Shown here in pieces: positions 24,031-32,390 of a stretch of 32,390 nucleotides of DNA; positions within the stretch are counted from its first letter, which is position 1, and each line of letters starts with the position of its first letter. The position numbers and the translations under genes were made by a program. The notes beneath the pieces were generated by a model. It did no database searches and was not told the origin of the DNA. It was given only the letters and a program-made list of their open reading frames with translations. This stretch comes from Octopus bimaculoides (lineage: Eukaryota). The stretch is taken from NCBI RefSeq assembly GCF_001194135.2, contig NC_068982.1, positions 101,911,055-101,943,444 of the forward strand. The letters are read 5' to 3'.

Positions 24031-25120
24031 ATCCGAAGAAGTTCGAATTGACAGACTTAGTTTACGGTGTTAGCAGATGTCTGTCTAGGAATCGGCATCT
24101 CCTGGAAATTCTATTATATGGTTTTGCGTGTCTTGCTATGGACCAAGTTATACTATACTTAATTTTATCTTTCTTAAGTCGCCACACAGGATCGGCCAAA
24201 AATGTTGAATATCTCTTGTTGATTTTCTTGAAGCTGTCGACATGGTTGCGATAACGATTCTTAAATGAATCGGCCGTTGCTCCTGTGTAGACATACTGTC
24301 ATCCCCTTGTGTGTACGGTACATTTATATACAAGATTAGTTAAGGCGGCGAGCTGGCAGAATCGTTAGCACACCGGCCAAAATGCTTAACGGTATTTCGT
24401 TTGCCGTTACGTTCTGAGCTCAAATTCCGCCGACGTCGACTTTGCCTTTCATCCTTTCGGGGTCGATTAAATAAGTACCATTTACGCACTGGAGTCGATC
24501 TAATCGACTCAATCCCTTTGTCAGTCTTTGTTTGTCTCCTCTATGTTTCAGCCCCCTGTGGGCAATAAAGAAATAAATATATACAAGATTTGTACTCGCA
24601 CAGAGATTCAACAATGGACATCTTGATTTTTCTCTGCATAAGCATTTATTATATTTAGTTGTATATATGACAGTTCTAACTTGATTTTCCGACGTTGTTA
24701 CTGTGTTAGCTATATTACTATTATTGCCACTATTACGATATGGCTGTATCATGTGTTTTTCATTGCAGTTTACATCTCCTTTCTTGGCACTTTGATGCAT
24801 ATGATTGCTAGTTCCAGAAGGTGAGATATTGAGCCTTCACGGTATGTCTATTAAAAATAACATGGTATCTATTTGATTTAATGAAACCTTTGTCTTAAAC
24901 GACCAAACATTCCCTAGCATATCTGTTAACGGTTATATTTAATACTTTTTCACTGTATTGTGTATTCGTTTCTTTTTTGCATCTCTTATTTTTTATTATT
25001 GATCTTTTATATAAATCAAGCCATATACTTTAACTTGCTACTTTTCTTTACATGAATTGAGAAGATAGCTTGCTGAACTGTTGTTATTTTAAGGAGATGT
25101 TTCTAATTATCACCCGAACA
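24031..25120 (-). mobile_element. Penelope-like element, linker plus GIY-YIG endonuclease, inverted relative to RT and split by a SINE
   Basis: The minus strand reads VIIRNISLK*QQFSKLSS .. RYHVIFNRHTVK .. KCLCREKSRCPLLNLCASTNLVY[SINE]KCTVHTRG*QYVYTGATADSFKNRYRNHVDSFKK..STFLAD.VWRLKK..ITWSIARHAKPYNRISRRC. Confidence 0.85.
24338..24577 (+). mobile_element. SINE family A, full length, 13-bp TSD
   Basis: The head is aaggcggcgagctggcagaatcgttagc, with a B-box-like gagctcaaattcc and tail gggcaataaagaaataa. The perfect TSD tatatacaagatt is at 24325-24337 and 24578-24590. Confidence 0.92.
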
Positions 25121-25250
25121 AATCTGCACCGACGATACTCCTAAGCCAGCTATTGAGTAACCCACTCATGAGGGATCGATACTAGATGGGTCGAAACAAC
25201 TGTAGTGATTAATAAAAATTCTCGTATCTTCCATCTCCCGTCTCTCTCAT
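25121..25250 (+). mobile_element. Probable 3' end (pLTR) of the Penelope element with a degenerate hammerhead-like motif
   Basis: It contains CUCAUGA (25165-71), an imperfect stem II, GAAAC (25193-97), UGUA-GUG (25201-07) and AATAAA (25211-16). Confidence 0.45.
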
Positions 25251-25263
25251 TAACTTAATATAA

Positions 25264-25344
<81 letters not shown>

Positions 25345-25689
25345 CATAGTGTATGTGTGTGCATGTGTGGGTGTTTGAACGTATGTGTGTGTACTAGACA
25401 CCCTGCAAACTAGTAGTGGTTTGTGTTAAAGAAAAACATACAACAGCAGTTAATAACATGTGTGGAATCAGATGAGCTTATCTGCAGTGAGGGGTAATTA
25501 CCGAATCTGATGATTTGAATAGAGTCCTGCTTCAAAGGAAAAAAGATTTCTTCAGCGAAAGAAAGCCTTTCCAGAAAGTGCGAAAATTCTCTCCACATTA
25601 CAGCACATGAACATATTTTTTAAATTTCCTTCTATATTTTGATACAAACAAATAGTGTAGTTTTAATGAACTCAATATTGTAATCTGTT

Positions 25690-26094
25690 ATGGTAAGAAG
25701 TTGTGGAGTAAGAAGTTTGCTTCTCAAACAATTGGTTCCGGGTTCATTTCTATTGTGTGAAGCCTTGGGCCAACCAAAGTTTTGTGAGAGGATTTGGTAG
25801 ACAGAAACTGAAAGAAGTTCCTCGTATATATATGTGTGTGTATGTGTGTGTTTGTGTGTGTGTATTTATGTATATGTGTGTCTTTGTGTCTATGTTTATC
25901 CCCTCATAACTGCTTGACAACCGGTGTTGGTAGTTTTGTGTTCCCGTAACTTAGTGGTTCAGCCGAAGAGACCGATCGATTAGGTAGTAGGCGGGAAAAT
26001 AAGTACTGGGGTCGATTCATTCGACTAAAAACAATTTGAAGGCAGTACCCTAAGATGGCTGCAGTCTAATGATTGAAACAAATAAACGATAAAA
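25690..26094 (+). mobile_element. SINE family B, diverged near-full copy with internal (TG)n
   Basis: ggtaagaag..ggttccgggttca..ttgggccaaccaaag..ggatttggtagacagaaactgaaagaag..gacaaccgg..cccgtaacttag..ggggtcgattcattcgactaaa..ctgaaac-type tail is colinear with the 28611-29240 copy. Confidence 0.8.
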
Positions 26095-26489
26095 CATATT
26101 GTCAATGGCCATTACCTCGATATATATTTGATTGCTTTATCGATTGATTAATGACGAACCAAATGAACGCTCTCACTATAACTGTGATACCGTTGTGTCT
26201 ATGTTGAAGACGCTTTACTCTTAACCGATTATTTCCAACTAAAGAGCAGCATCATGAATTTTATGTACGATATATCATATGTAAATAGCTTTTGGTTTCT
26301 GTTACTGATCAACTCCAAATTAATGACAGTCAAAATTCAGAATATAAATGCACAGCACTAAATCACGTGTAGTATTTCCACTGTACCATATATCGCGTTT
26401 AGATATAACAAAATCAGGCCCTAACACAGTTTTGGAGAGAGTATATTCGGTTACTTCGAAGCTTGCATTTAATTCATAACTATTTTAAT

Positions 26490-26560
26490 TGATACCTATT
26501 TGATCCGGAGTAGGCAAGTGTAAAATCGACATTGAGTGGATTTGAACTAGGAACGTAAAA
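26490..26560 (-). mobile_element. Old SINE family A fragment
   Basis: gatccggagtagg..aaatcgac..ggatttgaactaggaacgtaaa is colinear with the family A core. Confidence 0.5.
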
Positions 26561-26993
26561 GGAAGTTATCTAAACACCATAAATCTACCAAATTTTCCTC
26601 TCACCTGTACATAGATATAAAAAAATCTATTAAAACAATGATGAAATCTCGGTTTATATCAGAACATTTGTAATATAACACTAAGTTGGTGTGCTTTAGG
26701 TGAATCATTGTAATGTATCGGATATACATTTCAATAAAACATCCCTTGATACATCCCATAGGTAGCAAACATGTCACTACACAGACGATGAAATTATGAA
26801 AATAGACATCTAAAGAAATCAATATGATTTGAAGAATTTCTAATAAGTAATATAAAAATATAGGCAGGCTTATTCAGTGGACAACAATAGGCAGTCCTGA
26901 AATAGAAATCATTTTGGACATCAGAATGACAGATATTCTGTTGATAATTAAACGTTTTTGTGTTGCCATAATAAATTCTTATCGTATTTGCAT

Positions 26994-26994
<1 letters not shown>

Positions 26995-27060
<66 letters not shown>
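26995..27060. repeat. (TAA)22 microsatellite
   Basis: Directly visible. Confidence 0.97.
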
Positions 27061-27063
<3 letters not shown>

Positions 27064-27420
27064 TATTATTATGATCATCATCTCCGACACATATGAGTTT
27101 AATTTTAAATACAGTTTTAGTAGAATAGGTCTATAGAATAGTGTATTTCCTTTCTTTGACATGTTAATATTTCATCTATAAATGTATCACCTCGGAGTGT
27201 TTTCTGAAATAGGAATTTTTAGGAGAGAATAATAGCATTGAGAAGTAAAATAAGGGAAAAGCTATTTGCTTCCTAATTTAGGATTTAATTTATTTATTTA
27301 AGGTTTCTGACATTAACACAGACATACACGCATTAACAAATACACGCGCATGCACACACACACTCACAAACACACACACACATATATATGCACATACATG
27401 TATACGTGCACTTATACAAT

Positions 27421-27459
<39 letters not shown>

Positions 27460-27559
27460 GTGTGTGTGTGTGTGTATGTATATATGTATGTATTTAGATT
27501 TTAAAATATATGCATGCTTATTCATGTGTGCATATTTATGCTCATATGGACGCATTTAT

Positions 27560-27755
27560 GTACACCCTTCTACTGACCGATGTTGTTTACATCTAATAAC
27601 TTTATATTCCGTAACCTAGGGCATCGACCAATAAAATGCCACTACAATTTTTATCGTATAGAAATAAATAATGGAGGCGATATGATCAACTAAAACCGTG
27701 AATGTTGTGCCCTGGCATGACCACACTCCAACGACTGAAATCTGTAAAAGAAACG
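27560..27755 (+). mobile_element. Old SINE family B 3' half
   Basis: gaccgatgttgtttac..ccgtaacctag..gatatgatcaactaaaacc..gtgccctggcatgaccacactccaacgactgaaa matches the family B tail. Confidence 0.55.
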
Positions 27756-27788
27756 GATATTCAAGTACGTATGTGAATGCTTATATGT

Positions 27789-27832
<44 letters not shown>

Positions 27833-28484
27833 AGGGATTTCTTCATGTTTCTGTGAGGCAGAAATGTGGGTGTTGAGTACGTGTGTATATTTATGCATTT
27901 GGAATAAGAGATTTGTATATAGACACATTCCAATTTATAAGAAAATATAAATAATCTTCAAACTGAATTTGTTAAAAACCTATTAAACTTGTGAAACTCT
28001 AGTAGTTATTAGGTGTCTGTTTGTAGATATGGGATCATATCAAAGAGAACACGAGTGGTTATGTTAACAGAAGTTAAACATCACATCGTTAGAAAGATTT
28101 TATATCTTTCCTACAGCTTTGCCTTCTTTGCGTAGGGGGGTGGTTGTTGCGCTTTGTCTTTAGATGCCTATCACTGAAATACATAAAAGAAGAAAAAATA
28201 CGAAGCACAGATATGATACACGGATAAATGGCCAGCTGTCGGAGCCATTGAATAGAAACCACGTGACAAAAGAATAGTTAACGTTCAAAAACAGCTGCTT
28301 TTTTGAGTGAAGAAGACAGGATAATTACCATGTCTCCCCACCATTGGAATACAAGCAGACATAAATATAGGGCAATATAGCACTGAGAAATCTGTTTGGT
28401 TTAAACATTAGCAAGGAAAAAATTTAGTAATTCCTAATGTCACTGGGAAAATACATACATACATATATTATGTATATGTGTGTG

Positions 28485-28562
<78 letters not shown>

Positions 28563-28610
28563 NNNNNNNNNNTATATTTATATATATATATATATATATA
28601 TATGCATACT

Positions 28611-29240
28611 CTTTTACTCTTTTAGTTGTTTCAGTCATTTGATTGCGGCCATGCTGGAGCACCGCCTTTAGTCGAGCAAATCGACCCCAGGACTTATTCT
28701 TTGTAAGCTTAGTACTTATTCTATCGAACTCTTTTGCCGAACTGTTAGGATACGGGGATGTAAACACACTACCATCGGTTGTCAAGCGATGTTGGGGAGA
28801 CAAACACAGACACACATATATATATATACATATAGATATATACAACGGGCTTCTTTCAGTTTCCATATTTATTTATTTATTGCCCACAAGTGGTTAAACA
28901 TAGAGGGGACAAACAAGGACAGACAAATGCATTAAGTCGATTACATCGACCCCAGTGTTTCACTGGTACTTAATTTATCGACCCCGAAAGGATGAAAGGC
29001 AAAGTCGACCTCGGCAGAATTTGAACTCAGAACGTAAAGACAGACGAAATACCGCTAAGCATTTCGCCCGGCGTGCTAACGATTCTGCTAGCTCGCCGCC
29101 TTCTTTCAGTTTCTGTCTATCAAATCCACTCACAAGGCTTTGTTCGGCCCGAGGCTATAGTAGAAGACACTTGCACAAGGTGCCACGCAGTGGGACTGAA
29201 CCCGGAACCATGTGGTTGGTAAGCAAGCTACTTACCACAC
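28611..29240 (-). mobile_element. SINE family B, full length, interrupted by a family A SINE
   Basis: The 3' part is at 28611-28863 and the 5' part at 29101-29240. They are contiguous once the insert and one TSD copy are removed. Confidence 0.9.
28864..29100 (-). mobile_element. SINE family A nested in family B, 13-14 bp TSD
   Basis: (c)ttctttcagtttc occurs at 28850-28863 and 29100-29113. Confidence 0.92.
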
Positions 29241-29774
29241 ATCCATATATAGCTTTCATTATCAATAAAACATTGAACCATAAGGAAAGAAAAAAAGATG
29301 AAATAGGCAATGAATTGGGAATGCCCTATAAATATAAGGTATATTACCAGCCCTGGTTATTCCCATTTGAGTTCGGTAGGGTTCAAACCTTTAAATTCAC
29401 AAAAGATTTCACAGTTTGAATTTTTCAACTTTGAATAAATAAAATCCCCACCTGTCTGCTGTAGCATAGTTATTGTTCTCTTTTAATTCGCAGTTAGATC
29501 TTACGATAAAATAAATGCAAAAAGTTCGTCTTTTTTCTCCATTCGGTATAACATCCCAAATGTATTGCAGATAAAAAAAAAAGGGAATGTTGAGAGGTAC
29601 GAGTCATCCCCTACGGCATTAGTGACATAAACGAAATAAAATTAGATCTGAAACACAAGATGAAACCAGGTCACGAACATAATTTTCCTCAGTTTACGGG
29701 TAGGTACATTTTGTTTGCCTGAAATAAAAAATTATATTGCGTCTATGAAGAGAGAAACAAGAGTCGCAATAATT

Positions 29775-30256
29775 CTTTTCTATTCTAGGCACAAAGCCCG
29801 AAATTTTTCGGGTGGGGGCCAGTCGATTAGATAAACACCAGTACACAACTGGTACTTAATTTATCGACTCCGAAAGGATGATAGGCAAAGTCGTCCTCGG
29901 TTGAATTTGAACTCAGAACGTAAAGACAGACGAAATACCGCTAAGCATTTCGCCCGGCGTGCTGACGTCTCTTATTTCTTTATTGCCCACAAGGGGCTAA
30001 ACATAGAGGCGACAAACAAAGACAGACAAAGGGATTAAGTCGATTACATCGACCCCAGTGCGTAACTTGTACTTAATTTATCGACCCCCAAAGGATGAAA
30101 GGCAAACTCGACCTCGGCGGAATTTGAACTCAGAACGTAAAGACGATGAAAGGCAAACTCGACCTCGGCGGAATTTGAACTCAGAACGAAAAGACAGACG
30201 AAAAACTGCTAAGCATTTCGGCCGGTGTGCTAACGTTTCTGCCAGCTCGCCGCCTT
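29775..30256 (-). mobile_element. Head-to-tail dimer of family A SINEs inside a single 16-bp TSD, with a 51-bp internal duplication
   Basis: The TSD aagagtcgcaataatt is at 29759-29774 and 30257-30272. The junction between copies is near 29968. The duplicated unit is 30094-30144 / 30145-30195. Confidence 0.9.
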
Positions 30257-31539
30257 AAGAGTCGCAATAATTAAATGACTAAGAAGTCGAAGTTTCTTTA
30301 GAAATGATTCTGATTTGTGTTCTTTCATTGGCATCGTGCTGTGATTTGTCTCAGGCAACAGTCTTGTTTTCTTATTCATCTGTAAAAAGAGCTAATAAAA
30401 ACAGATGAGATGCACGAGACGGAAGCAACTGATAACAATTGAGCAACACATTCATATGAAATGAAAAATTTAAAGGTCTATACAAGCGTGAAATGATATG
30501 CAATGATATCCATTGCGTTTCTTTGGAATGAAACCTCCTCAATACCTAGCTACAGGTTTGAATGCGTCATTCATTTTCAACAATATCAAAACTCGGATGA
30601 AAATGCGTTTCTTTTCTTTATCAAAAATACACACAATAAACCAAGAAACCCTTTCTATGATACCCTACATAAATATTAACAGCTTTCCGTTGAAGACATC
30701 ATCACTAAACTTCAATTGCAAAAGAAATTCGAAGAAATCAATGGTAGGTTAAATCCTTAAATGTTGTTCAAGGAATTTCGTGAACTTGAATTTGTTCGTA
30801 TGGTATGAGGAGACAAGAAAAATAAAGTTTCATTAAATGCCTACCACTGGAGTCAAAATTACTCTACGAAAGCTATTGTATTTTCCTCCAAACTAATGAA
30901 CTTCTCAGGACTAATATATAACCATTACACACAGCCGCTCACATGCTCGCCATTGACTAGCTTAAATAGTATTTTGATCCATAGAGGAAACACCAATCAC
31001 CAACACTAACATGCCAAAAAGACCTCTTTCAATTTCATAATTCCTCTGTCTTTTCTACTGCTACTACAGCGCAATCATTTTGTATGTTCACCAGATACAT
31101 AGCATTTGTTTTAATCCAAGCCTTATTTTTATACACCTTTCATGCAACGTAGCTGCCCTGAAATAACAGGGCAACTAGGTTGTTACCACAGAATTCCATA
31201 CGAAAGAGTTAACTCAAACCTCACTCTACTGATCTGCATACTTATGTAGCTTTGTGTTTATGAAAACTTGATTGCGAACTCAACTTATCACTAGTTTAAC
31301 TTCTAATCTACAGCACACAGCATGACTCTGAGGTTGTATTAAATTAGCTTCCAAATTTCGTAGCTGACTATTGAAACAACCACAAGAATGAATGCTTACC
31401 TTTCAATGTGTCTAAAATCATTAGTATTCTGCAACATGCTCCTTCTTGCTAATATATGCGTAGAATGCAAATATCAGGCCGTAAATAATTGGAAGTACAT
31501 GTGTGCATATGTATCAAAGTGTTAGCTAATACATATTTA

Positions 31540-31634
31540 CGCGTAGCTATGTGTGTGTATAAATAAATGCTTACGAATGTAAATAGGCTTATACATATAT
31601 CAACATTCAAAAGACATAGGCGTGTATGTATGTG

Positions 31635-31683
<49 letters not shown>

Positions 31684-32235
31684 TTGACTATACATACAAA
31701 TACGCACACCAAATATACATGGACGTGCACATGTTAAACAGAAGTATGCATGTATATATGTATATCTTTAATTATGTATTTCTGCAAGTATGTACTCCTG
31801 TACGTATGTACTTATGTATAATTATATATATACGTACGCAGTGAGAAGAAACATAGTAGGTGTGAATAATTAAGTAAAGCGTGGTTCATTGAGAGAAATG
31901 GTGTGAGTTTGTAAATTACACTCGAATTTTGCGTATGCTTTGAAAGCACACAATATTCAAACACGCGCACACACACACACTCACACAAACAAACAAAACA
32001 CAACCATTTACAGACAAACACAGACACACATGCATTTATATGAGTCTGTGTATGTGTGTATGTCTGTGTCCATATGTATATGCGTGCGCACGTGTGGGTT
32101 TTATTGTGTAAGTGTAATGGTCGTGTACGACACATCTTGTTGAAAACGTGAGCATAAATAACTAAACATACGCGCATAGGCTTACGTACAGAGACATGTA
32201 TATATACATACATACACAAACATACATATATATAC
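31540..32235. repeat. Mixed (TA)n/(CA)n/(TG)n microsatellite field
   Basis: Directly visible. Confidence 0.85.
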
Positions 32236-32390
32236 CTCTCCCTTCATCGTCACCACCTACCTCGTTACCCCACACCTACTCATTCCAACCCCACCATCCC
32301 TATACATCCCATCCCACTCCAACCCCATCCCTTAGACCCCACTCTTGCTTCCCCCACTCTTGCCTCCCCCACACCCCTACAGCCCCACAC
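32236..32390. repeat. C-rich low-complexity/minisatellite tract
   Basis: It contains repeated ccccactcttgc(t/c)tcc and many C3-C5 runs. Confidence 0.75.

Noticed and set aside
30094-30195. Direct repeats that could suggest a CRISPR-like array
   Set aside because: These are two abutting 51-bp units with no spacer, inside a SINE in eukaryotic DNA.
28955-30258. Recurrent peptide ERQSRPRRNLNSERKDRRNTAKHF in several ORFs (also 2450-2668)
   Set aside because: This is the antisense translation of SINE family A, not a protein family.
30683-30743. Possible 61-nt + strand exon (AG..LSVEDIITKLQLQKKFEEING..GTAGGT)
   Set aside because: The donor is good but the polypyrimidine tract is poor. No partner exons or recognisable homology were found, so it needs RNA-seq.

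Overview
AT-rich, microsatellite-dense eukaryotic DNA from a gapped short-read draft assembly (8 N-gaps and one Illumina adapter remnant). The repeat vocabulary resembles what I recall from octopus genomes; this is recall, not a database result. No intact protein-coding gene, tRNA/rRNA gene or CRISPR array is supportable, and the window reads as intergenic or intronic. It holds decayed retroelements: three CR1-group LINE 3' ends, an R4/Dong-like REL-endonuclease element stacked with other 3' ends at (TAA)n, an RTE 3' end, a Penelope-like element (RT + GIY-YIG) with an internal inversion, and at least three tRNA-derived SINE families, several with clear target-site duplications. The most interesting item is a type I hammerhead ribozyme (11850-11894). 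It is closed by a long irregular helix and sits in a non-coding ~340-360 bp unit whose start is repeated just before a gap, i.e. a candidate non-LTR retrozyme or Penelope-derived tandem element. A second notable observation is a shared 3' tail between a CR1-group LINE and SINE family B, which points to the SINE's autonomous partner.
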